Part shown: positions 42,410 to 58,017 of the stretch, in pieces | Numbering within the stretch: position 1 is the first letter of the stretch | How the letters are laid out: each line of letters begins with the position of its first letter | Source: Candidatus Limnocylindrus sp. | GTDB lineage: Bacteria; Chloroflexota; Limnocylindria; Limnocylindrales; Limnocylindraceae | Length of the DNA: 64,000 nucleotides | Reading direction: 5' to 3' (one strand) | Assembly: GCA_040397215.1 (NCBI GenBank) | Contig: JBBAWK010000002.1 | Notes under the pieces: generated by a model | Told to the model about the DNA's origin: nothing | Databases searched by the model: none | The model's input: only the letters and a program-made list of their open reading frames with translations | Program-made: the position numbers and the translations under genes

Positions 42410-43309
42410 ATGAGACGCAGAGTGCTCGCCCTCGCGCAAATTGCCCCAGCGCTTGGTGACCTCGTGCACAACTTCGCCGTGCATCAAGCGAAAATCGCAG
42501 AGGGCCGTGCGGAGGGCGCCGACATTGTGATCTTCCCTGAGCTCAGCCTTACCGGGTATCAACTGCAAGACCTCGCACCTGAGGTTGCGATGCGACGCAG
42601 CGATCCGCGACTGCAGGAGCTGGCGGCGCTGACGAGCGGCGGCCCCTCTGCGGTTGTCTCATTTGTTGAGTCGACCGATGACCATCGACTCTTCGCCGCC
42701 GCCGCCCTACTAGAGGGTGGTGAGGTGCGACATGTGGCGCGCAAGTGCTATCTACCAACGTACGGACTCTTTGATGAGCGGCGTTTCCTCGCGGCGGGCG
42801 ACGCAATCCGCGCGACCCGGGTGACCCTTGGTGGATCAGCGGTTCAGGGCGATGTCGGAATCGGCATCGGCGTCTGCGAGGACTTCTGGCATCCAACGCT
42901 GCCGTCAATCCTTGCGCAGGACGGAGCCGAGCTCCTCATCAACGTGGCGGCGGGGCCAGCGCGCGGTGCGAGCGTGGATGCCGATCAGGGGCTCGGCTCC
43001 GCAGCATCCTGGGGCACCCTGCTTCGTGCGACCGCGGCGCTCACGACCTCCTATGTTGCCTTCACCAACCGGGTCGGCGTCGACGAGTCACTTATCTTCT
43101 GGGGTGGCTCGCGCGTGATCGGGCCCGACGGTGTCGTGCTCGCAGAGGCGCCGCTCTTCGAAGAGGCGCTCCTCTTGGCCGAGATCGATCTTGACGAGGT
43201 GGCACGCGCCCGCAGCGCACTCCCACTCCTGCGTGATGAGCGTCTGGAGCTGACGCGCCGCGAATACGACCGCATCATCGCCACCCGCGCCGGCCTCGAG
43301 GAGGCATAG
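42410..43309 (+). CDS. carbon-nitrogen hydrolase (nitrilase superfamily); likely the glutaminase subunit of NAD synthetase
   Basis: It has the Nit-fold catalytic triad context (E...K...C, in GVCEDFWHP). It sits immediately upstream of nadE. Confidence 0.7.
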   Translation: MRRRVLALAQIAPALGDLVHNFAVHQAKIAEGRAEGADIVIFPELSLTGYQLQDLAPEVAMRRSDPRLQELAALTSGGPSAVVSFVESTDDHRLFAAAALLEGGEVRHVARKCYLPTYGLFDERRFLAAGDAIRATRVTLGGSAVQGDVGIGIGVCEDFWHPTLPSILAQDGAELLINVAAGPARGASVDADQGLGSAASWGTLLRATAALTTSYVAFTNRVGVDESLIFWGGSRVIGPDGVVLAEAPLFEEALLLAEIDLDEVARARSALPLLRDERLELTRREYDRIIATRAGLEEA

Positions 43310-43317
43310 GCAACCTA

Positions 43318-44181
43318 ATGAGAGGCGAGAGCGGTAGTGCACCTCACGACGAACTCGCGATTGACCCCGAAATGGTCGCGGCCATGTGCCGCTCCTTCAT
43401 CACCTCGCACGTGGCGAGCACCGGCGCCGAGCGAGTTCTCCTCGGCCTCTCCGGCGGCATTGATTCCGCGCTGGTTGCCTACCTGACCGCCGCAGCCATC
43501 GGCGCAGATCGTCTGGTGGCTGTGCTGATGCCAACCGCGGCGTCATCGCCCAACTCGAGGGCTGATGCGGAGGCGATCGTGAGCGACCTCGGCTGCCAGA
43601 GCGAACTGATCTCGATTGAGGCTCCGTTGGCGGCACTCATCGCGAACCTGCCCGCGGGCGAGAGCGTAACCCCAGTGCGTCGGGGGAATATAGCGGCGCG
43701 ATTGCGAATGATCACGCTGTATGACCGCTCCGCCGTGCACCGTGGGGTAGTGGTCGGCACGGGGAACAAGAGCGAGATGCTGATCGGCTACTCCACGATC
43801 TTCGGCGATGCCGCCTCGGCATTCAACCCAATCGGCGATCTGTACAAGGCGCAGGTGCGCGAGCTATCACGCCACCTCGGCGTACCGACGCAGATCATTG
43901 AGAAGGCACCGAGCGCCGATCTTTGGCCGGGTCAGACCGACGAGGGTGAGGGTGGATTTGATTACCCAACCCTTGATCGCGTGCTCTACCGCATCGTTGA
44001 CCGTCGCCTTCCGCTTGAGGACGTGATTGCGGAGGGCTTTGATCGCGAATTTGTCTTACGGGTGAGTGAGATGATTCGTCAATCGGAGTTCAAGCGCCAG
44101 ATGCCGCCAATCGCAAAGGTTGGGGGGCGGAGCAGTGGGAGCGACTATCTCTACCCTCGGCGGCGCCCGAAGATTGACTGA
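43318..44181 (+). CDS. nadE: NAD(+) synthetase (synthetase domain only)
   Basis: It has the PP-loop ATP pyrophosphatase motif GLSGGIDSALVAYL and the NadE fold. It is 287 aa. Confidence 0.85.
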   Translation: MRGESGSAPHDELAIDPEMVAAMCRSFITSHVASTGAERVLLGLSGGIDSALVAYLTAAAIGADRLVAVLMPTAASSPNSRADAEAIVSDLGCQSELISIEAPLAALIANLPAGESVTPVRRGNIAARLRMITLYDRSAVHRGVVVGTGNKSEMLIGYSTIFGDAASAFNPIGDLYKAQVRELSRHLGVPTQIIEKAPSADLWPGQTDEGEGGFDYPTLDRVLYRIVDRRLPLEDVIAEGFDREFVLRVSEMIRQSEFKRQMPPIAKVGGRSSGSDYLYPRRRPKID

Positions 44182-45085
44182 CGACCTGCGCGGCGGCGGC
44201 GCAACGCTTGGGGCGTTGCATATCGTCTCCACCCCGATCGGTAATCTCGCCGATCTCACGCCGCGCGCAGCGGCAGTGCTTCGCGAGGTTGGACTGATCG
44301 TTGCCGAAGACACGCGTGTCTCTCGCCCGCTCCTCGCTAGCATTGGCGTCCAGACAGAGGTGACGGCCCTTCCAGGTTTTGATGAGGCCGACCGAGTTGC
44401 GCCGATCATCGCCCGGCTGCAGTCTGGCACCGCTGTCGCGCTCATCAGCGACGCTGGCACGCCACTAATTAGTGACCCAGGGGGAACGCTCGTTGCCGCT
44501 GCCGTCGCTGCAGGGATCCGCGTGATCCCTATCCCCGGCGCATCCGCACTACTCGCGGCGGTCGTCGCAGTGGGCGTCACCTCCCCACGCTGGTCATTTG
44601 AAGGTTTCCTGCCGCGCAGTGGCGTTGACCGCACGAAGGTACTCGGTGCGATTGCGGCTGATGAGCGCGGCACCGTGATCTATGAAGCGGGGCCGCGTGT
44701 GGCCGCGACACTGGTCGATCTGGCGCGCGTGTGCGGCGACGACCGCGTGGGAGCAATCTGTCGAGAGCTCACCAAGTTGCATGAGGAGATTCGCCGTGGC
44801 ACCCTCGGCGAGCTCGCAGCGGCGGTGAGCGCTGGAGAGATTGATGCGCGCGGTGAGTTCGTCATAGTTGTCGGTGCGCAGGCGGCTGCGGATCTACTTA
44901 GCACCAATGATCCCGAGGGCCCTTATGCGGCAGCACTCGAACTTGTGGGGCGCGCTGTGAAGGCGGGTGAGTCGCGCAGCGCGGCGATCCGACGTATCGC
45001 CACTCTGTGGGGGCTTGAGCGTCGACGCCTCTGGAACCTCGCCCATGACGACGCGGCGCCAGAGAGCGTCGACGACGAGCGCTAG
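44174..45085 (+). CDS. rsmI: 16S rRNA (cytidine1402-2'-O)-methyltransferase
   Basis: It has the tetrapyrrole-methylase fold with the N-terminal motif LHIVSTPIGNLADLT. The start is uncertain: TTG 44174 abuts the nadE stop, while the track ATG at 44120 overlaps nadE by 62 nt. Confidence 0.75.
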   Translation: MTDDLRGGGATLGALHIVSTPIGNLADLTPRAAAVLREVGLIVAEDTRVSRPLLASIGVQTEVTALPGFDEADRVAPIIARLQSGTAVALISDAGTPLISDPGGTLVAAAVAAGIRVIPIPGASALLAAVVAVGVTSPRWSFEGFLPRSGVDRTKVLGAIAADERGTVIYEAGPRVAATLVDLARVCGDDRVGAICRELTKLHEEIRRGTLGELAAAVSAGEIDARGEFVIVVGAQAAADLLSTNDPEGPYAAALELVGRAVKAGESRSAAIRRIATLWGLERRRLWNLAHDDAAPESVDDER

Positions 45086-45477
45086 GCGCGAACTGGCGCG
45101 ATCTCCTCGCCGTACTCGGCCTCACCGAGATCAGTCGGCTCTGACCCTTGTGCCACCGGGTCACCGGACTGCGGCTTTGGACCGAGGAATTCCAGGCGAT
45201 TAACGATCACCTCGGTCATCCAGCGGCGCGACCCTTCGCTCTCCCACTCGTGGGTCTTAAGGCGGCCGTCGATGCTCACCAGCGAGCCGGCCTGCAGATG
45301 GGCGGCGGCAATCTCAGCGAGCTTCTCCCAGAAGACGAGGCGATGGAACTCCGTGCGCTCCTCGCCGCCGCGGAAGTCATGGGTTGCGACGCTCCCCACC
45401 GCGACCTTGGAGCCTGAGGGGAGCGTTTTCAATTCGACGGGCTTGGTGATCCTGCCAGCGAGCATGACCTTGTTCAT
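45082..45477 (-). CDS. ssb: single-stranded DNA-binding protein
   Basis: It has an OB-fold with N-terminus MNKVMLAGRITKPVELKTLPSG. A GGAGG RBS lies 6 nt upstream. The tail is acidic. The track ORF extends about 42 codons too far upstream. Confidence 0.8.
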   Translation of the reverse strand: MNKVMLAGRITKPVELKTLPSGSKVAVGSVATHDFRGGEERTEFHRLVFWEKLAEIAAAHLQAGSLVSIDGRLKTHEWESEGSRRWMTEVIVNRLEFLGPKPQSGDPVAQGSEPTDLGEAEYGEEIAPVRA

Positions 45478-45612
45478 TGCGCCTCCTTGTGCGGCGGCGG
45501 CCCGGATCACGTGACCCGCAGGAGCCGTACGCCTGCTCTGGCACCCTCCCACGGTGCGGATACTGCGGGCGTATCGCGCTGGGGTCGCGCTCTTCTGCGA
45601 CAATCGCCGACG

Positions 45613-47238
45613 ATGCGGTACTTCCTAACAACGGCCATCGCGTATGCCAATAACAAGCCTGGCCTGCACACGCTCTATGAGGTGATCGGCGCCGATGCCA
45701 TCGCCCGTTGGCGCCGCATGCGCGGCGACGAGGTGCGCTTCCTGACGGGCACGGACGAGTACTCGGTCAACATCGCCGCCCGCGCCGCAGAAGAGGGGGT
45801 GACACCGAAGGCCTTCGTTGACGCCAAGGTTGCCCTCTTCCAGGCGAGCGAGGCGCAGCTGCTGATTAGCCCCGACCGATTCATTCGCACCACCGACGCC
45901 GACCACACCCTCGCCGCGCAGGAGATGGTCCGACGCTCGTTTGCCGCAGGAGATATCTACGTCGGCAGCTATGAAGGCTGGTACTGCCCGAACGAAGGGT
46001 TCCGCAACGCCGATGACGTGGTGAAGGAGGGCGACAAGACCGTCTGCCCCAACCATCCAGGCATCCCGCTGCAGTGGCTCACCGAGCGCAACTGGTTCTT
46101 TAAACTCAGCGCCTACCAGGAGCGTCTTGAGGCCTGGTTGACGCAGGATCCATCGCCAGTTCAGCCCGAATATCGTCGCAACGAGATGCTCGGCTTCGTG
46201 CGACAGGGGCTGGAAGATTTCTCGATTAGCCGCGAAGGGGCAACGTGGGGGATCCCATTCCCAATCTACGAAGATGGGAGTAGCGCACTGAGCGCGACTG
46301 GCGAAGGCGATCCAACGGCGGGGACCATCTACGTCTGGTACGACGCGCTGATCAACTACCTCACTGGTGCTGGCTTCCCGGCGGAGCCTGCTGGGTCGCC
46401 ATGGTGGCCGGCCGATCTACACATTATCGGCAAGGACATCAATCGATTCCACTCCGTGTTCTGGCCGGCGATGTTGTGGAGCGCCGGGCTTGAGGCGCCG
46501 AAGAAGATCTGGGTGCACGGTTGGCTCCTCTCCAGCGGCGAGCGCATGAGCAAGAGCCGCGGCAACTTCCTCGATCCAGATGATGCGGTCGCTGCACTTG
46601 GCGCTGACGGGGCACGCTTCGTTGCGCTGCGCGAGGTGCCCTTTGATCGCGACGGCGACGTGAGCTGGGACTCCATCATTCGTCGCTACAACTCCGAACT
46701 CGCCAATGATTTTGGGAACTTAGTCAATCGCGCGACGACGCTGGCGAGCCGCGCCTTCACCGATGCGCCGCTCCCGCGCCCGGCTGCCGCATCAACCCTC
46801 GGTGCTGCTTGGGAGGAGACGCGACGCGAGGCGATCGCGGCGCTCGAGCGCAATGCACTGCATGAGTGGCTCGGTGCGCTCTGGGGCTTCGTCGGCGTGG
46901 CAAACAAGTTCGTCGATACCGAAAAGCCGTGGGAGCTCGCGAAGGCAGCAAAGCTGGGTGACGCCGCCGCTGAGGAGAAACTCCGCGGCGTGCTTGGCGA
47001 TCTACTCGAGTCGTGTCGCCTTATCTCCCTCTATGCAGGGCCGGTGATGCCCTCTATCGCCGCAAAGATCTGGACGCTGCTTGGTCGCAGCTGGCCGTAC
47101 GACGCGAACGGGCACAACGGTCCGTCGCTCGATGAGATCGGCGCCTGGGGGGCACTAGGCGCGACTGGACCACTCGGCGCACCAGAGCCACTCTTCCCAC
47201 GACTAGAGGCTGATGCGCTCGATGCCGCTGCTGACTGA
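45613..47238 (+). CDS. metG: methionyl-tRNA synthetase
   Basis: It has class I HIGH-type and KMSKS (MSKS) motifs, and a zinc knuckle is absent or short. The N-terminus is MRYFLTTAIAYANNKPGLH. Confidence 0.9.
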   Translation: MRYFLTTAIAYANNKPGLHTLYEVIGADAIARWRRMRGDEVRFLTGTDEYSVNIAARAAEEGVTPKAFVDAKVALFQASEAQLLISPDRFIRTTDADHTLAAQEMVRRSFAAGDIYVGSYEGWYCPNEGFRNADDVVKEGDKTVCPNHPGIPLQWLTERNWFFKLSAYQERLEAWLTQDPSPVQPEYRRNEMLGFVRQGLEDFSISREGATWGIPFPIYEDGSSALSATGEGDPTAGTIYVWYDALINYLTGAGFPAEPAGSPWWPADLHIIGKDINRFHSVFWPAMLWSAGLEAPKKIWVHGWLLSSGERMSKSRGNFLDPDDAVAALGADGARFVALREVPFDRDGDVSWDSIIRRYNSELANDFGNLVNRATTLASRAFTDAPLPRPAAASTLGAAWEETRREAIAALERNALHEWLGALWGFVGVANKFVDTEKPWELAKAAKLGDAAAEEKLRGVLGDLLESCRLISLYAGPVMPSIAAKIWTLLGRSWPYDANGHNGPSLDEIGAWGALGATGPLGAPEPLFPRLEADALDAAAD

Positions 47239-48076
47239 CGCACACGGGCACTTGCAGGCCGATCGCTTTAACGATGACTACCAGCAGGTATCTGAGCGCG
47301 CACGCGATGCGGGAGTGGTCCGACTCCTGATTCCGTCGTACGGCATCGAGAGCTCTGTGGGTGCCTTTCGGATCGCTCCAGATCTGCCGTGGGCAGATCT
47401 TGCGATTGGCATTCATCCGTACACCGCCGTTACCGATGCTCCAGGGCGAGCAGCGCTGCTCGCGCGGGCGACCGACCCTCGCGTGGTGGCCATTGGCGAG
47501 ACTGGTCTCGACACGAAGCGTGACTTCGCGCCGCTCGCGGATCAGATCGAAAACCTCGAGGCGCACATCGATGCTGCAGCGGCACTGGGCAAGCCGCTGA
47601 TCCTGCACTGCCGATCGCTCGGTGATGGTGACGAGGCACAGCGCGAGCTCCTGGCAACGCTCAAGCGCTCAGCGATCGGCGCGCCTGGTGGCGTGACGGC
47701 GTTCGGTGGTCGCGCTCCATTTGTTTTGCACAGCGCCTCAGGGAGCGCCGCCTATGTAGAGGAGGCACTCGCGCTTGGCGGGGCCATCTCCATCTCGGGG
47801 CTCGCCTTCCGCCCCGAGGAGTCGGCGACGGGGGAGTGGGTCACGCTGATCCCACGCGATCGACTTCTGACCGAAACCGACGCGCCGTGGCTGACCATGC
47901 CGGGGGCACCAGATCCGCACCGCAATGAGCCGGCGAACGTTGCCCTGACGTTGGCGTGGATCGCGGAGCGTCGCGGCGAGCCGATTGAGCCGCTCGCTCG
48001 TGCCATTGCGGAGAACTTCGACCGCATTTTTCCACGCGGGAGCGGCGCTCCTCCACGCTTGGAGTTGGCACTCTAA
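47222..48076 (+). CDS. tatD: TatD-family metal-dependent deoxyribonuclease/hydrolase
   Basis: The N-terminus is MPLLTDAHGHL (the HxH metal site). It occupies the conserved position downstream of metG. Confidence 0.8.
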   Translation: MPLLTDAHGHLQADRFNDDYQQVSERARDAGVVRLLIPSYGIESSVGAFRIAPDLPWADLAIGIHPYTAVTDAPGRAALLARATDPRVVAIGETGLDTKRDFAPLADQIENLEAHIDAAAALGKPLILHCRSLGDGDEAQRELLATLKRSAIGAPGGVTAFGGRAPFVLHSASGSAAYVEEALALGGAISISGLAFRPEESATGEWVTLIPRDRLLTETDAPWLTMPGAPDPHRNEPANVALTLAWIAERRGEPIEPLARAIAENFDRIFPRGSGAPPRLELAL

Positions 48077-48091
48077 GCCCTCGAGTGCTAA
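48065..48091 (+). promoter_or_regulatory. CIRCE operator (HrcA binding site) upstream of groES
   Basis: The sequence TTGGCACTC-N9-GAGTGCTAA has a single mismatch to the consensus TTAGCACTC-N9-GAGTGCTAA. It lies about 75 nt upstream of the groES ATG. Confidence 0.8.
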
Positions 48092-48165
48092 CATCTCCGC
48101 ACGTGCCTCGCGCGCAGGCACAAGTGTTCAGGGGCGGCACACCCGCCCACAAGGAGGTTCTACCG

Positions 48166-48465
48166 ATGGCCAAGAAGGCAGCACTCCGACCCCTCGGCGA
48201 CCGCGTCGTCGTGAAGCCAGTCCCCCGCGATGAGAAGACTGCCAGCGGCATCATCCTGCCCGACACGGTGCAGGAGAAGCCACAGGAGGGCGAAGTCGTC
48301 GCTGTTGGACCAGGCCGCATTCTTGATGACGGGAAGCGCGAGCCGATTGACGTGATGGTGGGCGACCGCGTCCTGCACGCAAAGTATGCCGGCACCGAAT
48401 TCAAGATCGATGGCGATGAGTTCCTCATCGTTGGCGCCAAGGACATCTTGGCCGTCATCGACTAA
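48166..48465 (+). CDS. groES: co-chaperonin GroES
   Basis: It is 99 aa with N-terminus [18 protein letters not shown]. An AAGGAGG RBS precedes it. Confidence 0.95.
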   Translation: MAKKAALRPLGDRVVVKPVPRDEKTASGIILPDTVQEKPQEGEVVAVGPGRILDDGKREPIDVMVGDRVLHAKYAGTEFKIDGDEFLIVGAKDILAVID

Positions 48466-48499
48466 TTCCACGAAGGCCCAAGTAACCCAACGTAGATAG

Positions 48500-50140
<1,641 letters not shown>

Positions 50141-50159
50141 CACCTACCTCGCACCTAGT

Positions 50160-50200
50160 GAAGAGGACTCTCGGCGGGGCCGAGGGTCCTCTTCGTTTTT
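50160..50200 (+). terminator. Rho-independent terminator of groESL
   Basis: A 15-bp GC-rich stem (GAAGAGGACTCTCGGC-GGGG-CCGAGGGTCCTCTTC) is followed by a TTTTT run 20 nt after the groEL stop. Confidence 0.8.
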
Positions 50201-50235
50201 CGTGGGCGGAGGGTGGCGGGCGGTAGAATACTCGG

Positions 50236-54977
<4,742 letters not shown>

Positions 54978-54986
54978 GATTCCCGC

Positions 54987-55292
54987 ATGAGTGACCTAAC
55001 CCGTGCCGAAGTAGAACACGTCGCCGCACTGGCACGCCTCGGCCTCACCAGCGATGAGTTGGGGAAGCTTCAGGGTGATCTGAACCTGATCCTCGAGCAG
55101 TGGGCGCACCTCGCCGACGTTGACACCTCGAGCGTGCCGCCAAGCGCACAGACGATGGTCCAGGCGATGCCGCTGCGTGACGACGTCGCTGAGCCCTCTC
55201 TCCCCGTTGACGATGCCCTCCAGAACGCACCAGCGCGGAGCGGCGACTTTGTGCGCGTGCAGGCGATTCTCTCCGAGGAGGCCGACGGATGA
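54987..55292 (+). CDS. gatC: Asp/Glu-tRNA amidotransferase subunit C
   Basis: The N-terminus is MSDLTRAEVEHVAALARL. It is about 100 aa and precedes gatA. Confidence 0.85.
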   Translation: MSDLTRAEVEHVAALARLGLTSDELGKLQGDLNLILEQWAHLADVDTSSVPPSAQTMVQAMPLRDDVAEPSLPVDDALQNAPARSGDFVRVQAILSEEADG

Positions 55293-56836
55293 GCGGGGAG
55301 GGCCTCCGCCGCGCAACCGCAACAGAGCTTCGTGCCGGATTCCAATCGGGTGCCGCAACCTCGCGCGCCGCCACCGACGAACTCTTTGCCGCCATTGAAC
55401 GAGAGGATGGCGTCCTTGGCGCATGGCTCCATCTTCGGCACGAAGAGGCGCGCGCGGAGGCCGATCGCGCTGATGCGCGCTACGCAGCCGCACGTGCCGC
55501 TGGTGCCGCGGCGCTCAACGAACTCCCGGCACTCCTTGGCGTCCCCGTTGCACTGAAAGATCTCGTCAACCTCACCGGAACGCCCACCACTGCGGGCTCG
55601 CGAATCCTGGAGGGGTACATCAGCCCCTACGACGCAACCATCGCTGCGCGGCTGAAGGAGGCGGGTGCAGTGATTCTTGGCAAGACCAACATGGACGAGT
55701 TTGCGATGGGATCATCGACCGAGTTCTCGGCATACAAGAAGACGGTGAATCCGTGGGACATTGATCGCGTGCCGGGCGGATCGTCGGGCGGATCCTCCGC
55801 CGCTGTGGCCGCGTTCCATGCCCCGCTCTCCATTGGCACCGATACGGGTGGCTCCATTCGTCAGCCCGCCAGCCTCACCGGCATTGTCGGCATGAAGCCG
55901 ACCTACGGTCGTGTTTCGCGCTACGGCATCGTTGCTTTTGCATCATCGCTCGATCAGGTCGGGCCATTTGCGCGCACGGCGCAGGATGCAGGGCTCCTGC
56001 TGCACACAATTGCTGGTGTCGATGCGCATGATGCCACCAGCTCGCGTAGTCCGCTTGATGCGGCGCTGCTGAGCCTCCCGAGCGGTGATGCTGCGGCGTC
56101 CGCCATTCGCGGCAAGCGATTTGCCCTGCCGAAGGAGTACTTCGTTACTGGCATGGAGGCTGGTGTTGAACGCGCTGTGCGCGATGCGGTTGCGGCGCTT
56201 GAGGCTGCAGGCGGGATCGTCGAAGAGGTCAGTCTCCCAACTACGGAGCATGCGCTCGCGACCTACTACATCGTTGCGCCAGCAGAGGCTTCAGCAAACC
56301 TTGCCCGTTACGACGGCATTCGCTACGGCGCATCAACGCACGGCGGTGGAGATCTGCTGAACGGCTACCTCGAGACGCGCGGCCGTGGGTTTGGCCCAGA
56401 GGTACGACGACGCATCATGTTGGGCACCTACGCACTCTCCGCCGGCTACTACGACGCCTATTACGTGAAGGCGCAGAAGGTGCGCACCCTCATCGCGCGC
56501 GACTTTGATCGCATCTGGGCGGCGGGCTTCGACGCCATCGTTGCGCCGACGAGCCCACAGGTCGCCTGGAAGTTCGGCGCCAAGATGAGCGATCCGGTCT
56601 CCATGTATCTCGCTGACGCCTGCACCCTGCCAGCGAACATGGCAGGCCTTCCCGGGGTGAGCATCCCGTGCGGCCTCTCCGAGAACCTTCCGGTGGGGCT
56701 GCAGCTGATCGGTAAGGCGTGGTCCGAAGCCGAACTGCTCAGCATCTCGGCCGGCTATGAGGCGCTCACGGCAACAGCAGCATGGCGCGCGATGGCGCCG
56801 CATGATCTCGCCAAGCTCGGTGGAGGTGCGGCGTGA
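55289..56836 (+). CDS. gatA: Asp/Glu-tRNA amidotransferase subunit A (amidase)
   Basis: It has the amidase signature GGSSGGSSAAVAA and Ser-cisSer-Lys triad context. Its start overlaps the gatC stop. Confidence 0.92.
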   Translation: MSGEGLRRATATELRAGFQSGAATSRAATDELFAAIEREDGVLGAWLHLRHEEARAEADRADARYAAARAAGAAALNELPALLGVPVALKDLVNLTGTPTTAGSRILEGYISPYDATIAARLKEAGAVILGKTNMDEFAMGSSTEFSAYKKTVNPWDIDRVPGGSSGGSSAAVAAFHAPLSIGTDTGGSIRQPASLTGIVGMKPTYGRVSRYGIVAFASSLDQVGPFARTAQDAGLLLHTIAGVDAHDATSSRSPLDAALLSLPSGDAAASAIRGKRFALPKEYFVTGMEAGVERAVRDAVAALEAAGGIVEEVSLPTTEHALATYYIVAPAEASANLARYDGIRYGASTHGGGDLLNGYLETRGRGFGPEVRRRIMLGTYALSAGYYDAYYVKAQKVRTLIARDFDRIWAAGFDAIVAPTSPQVAWKFGAKMSDPVSMYLADACTLPANMAGLPGVSIPCGLSENLPVGLQLIGKAWSEAELLSISAGYEALTATAAWRAMAPHDLAKLGGGAA

Positions 56837-58017
56837 GTGATTTCGCAAAGCGCGCACTTGCTGATCGTGTTCACGCGGTGTCGCCCTCTGGTATCCGACG
56901 CTTTTTTGACATCGCCGCAACGATGAGCGACGTGATCAGCCTCGGCGTGGGGGAGCCCGACTTCGATACCCCACCGCACATCATTGAGGCCGCTGTGGCG
57001 AGCCTGCGCGCCGGACGCACCCACTACACCTCGAACTACGGAACGATTGAGCTTCGCCGCGCTATTGCCGCGAAGATTCAGGAGCGCTCAGGCGTGAGCT
57101 ACGACCCAGAGAGCGAGATCATCATCACGGTCGGCGCCTCTGAGGCTGTCGATCTTGCCGTTCGCGGGGTCATCGGTACGGGCGATCGCATCGTGCTGCC
57201 AGAGCCCTCGTACGTTGCCTACCTCCCTGCGGTCGTCTTTGCGGGTGGTACCGCCGTACCGGTGGCGACGAGCGGCAGCGACAACTGGCGCCTGCACCCC
57301 GATGCCGTAGATTCCGCGGCGGCCAGCGCCAAGGCGCTCTTCCTCGGCTATCCGGCGAACCCAACGGGGGCCACCCTCGACGAGCCAACCCGCGAGGCGC
57401 TCGCCAAGATCGCCGTGGCACGTGATCTGCTGGTGATTAGCGATGAAATCTATGACCGACTCGTCTACGAGGGGCCGGCGCACCGCGCAATGTCGGCCTA
57501 CCCAGGGATGCGCGAGCGCACCATCCTGATCGGCGGCTTCTCGAAGTCGTACGCCATGACGGGGTGGCGCGTCGGCTTCCTCTGTGCGCCAAAGGAGATC
57601 GTTGCGGGCTTGGTCAAGATCCACCAGTACGCGATCATGAGCGCGCCAACGATTGGGCAGGATGCAGCCCTTGAAGCGCTCACGAACGGCGAGCCAGCGC
57701 TCGAAGAGATGCGCGCCGCCTACGCGCGACGTCGCACCATCGTGCTCGATGGCCTCGCCGCCCTAAACCTGCCGACGGGCGCACCGCAGGGCGCCTTCTA
57801 CGCCTTCCCCGACATTCGCTCCACAGGGCTCACCGACGAACAGTTCGCCGAGCGCCTCCTCACCGAGGAGCGCGTTGCTGTGATCCCAGGCTCCTCGTTC
57901 GGGGCCAGCGGCGTTGGCCACGTGCGCATCTGTTACGCCACGTCGGAAGAGAACCTACGCGAGGCACTTGTCCGCATCGGTCGGTTCGTTGCCAAGGCAC
58001 GCGGGGTGGCGGTATGA
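56833..58017 (+). CDS. class I/II pyridoxal-phosphate-dependent aminotransferase (aspartate aminotransferase-like), embedded in the gatCAB operon
   Basis: It has a fold-type I PLP enzyme with the PLP lysine context (GGFSKSYAMTGWRVG). Its GTG start overlaps the gatA stop, and its stop overlaps the gatB start. Confidence 0.8.
   Translation: MSDFAKRALADRVHAVSPSGIRRFFDIAATMSDVISLGVGEPDFDTPPHIIEAAVASLRAGRTHYTSNYGTIELRRAIAAKIQERSGVSYDPESEIIITVGASEAVDLAVRGVIGTGDRIVLPEPSYVAYLPAVVFAGGTAVPVATSGSDNWRLHPDAVDSAAASAKALFLGYPANPTGATLDEPTREALAKIAVARDLLVISDEIYDRLVYEGPAHRAMSAYPGMRERTILIGGFSKSYAMTGWRVGFLCAPKEIVAGLVKIHQYAIMSAPTIGQDAALEALTNGEPALEEMRAAYARRRTIVLDGLAALNLPTGAPQGAFYAFPDIRSTGLTDEQFAERLLTEERVAVIPGSSFGASGVGHVRICYATSEENLREALVRIGRFVAKARGVAV

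Noticed and set aside
45478-45612. T-box leader upstream of metG.
   Set aside because: No T-box consensus (AATTAGGGTGGTACCGCG-like) or specifier/antiterminator pairing is evident. The region is short and GC-rich.
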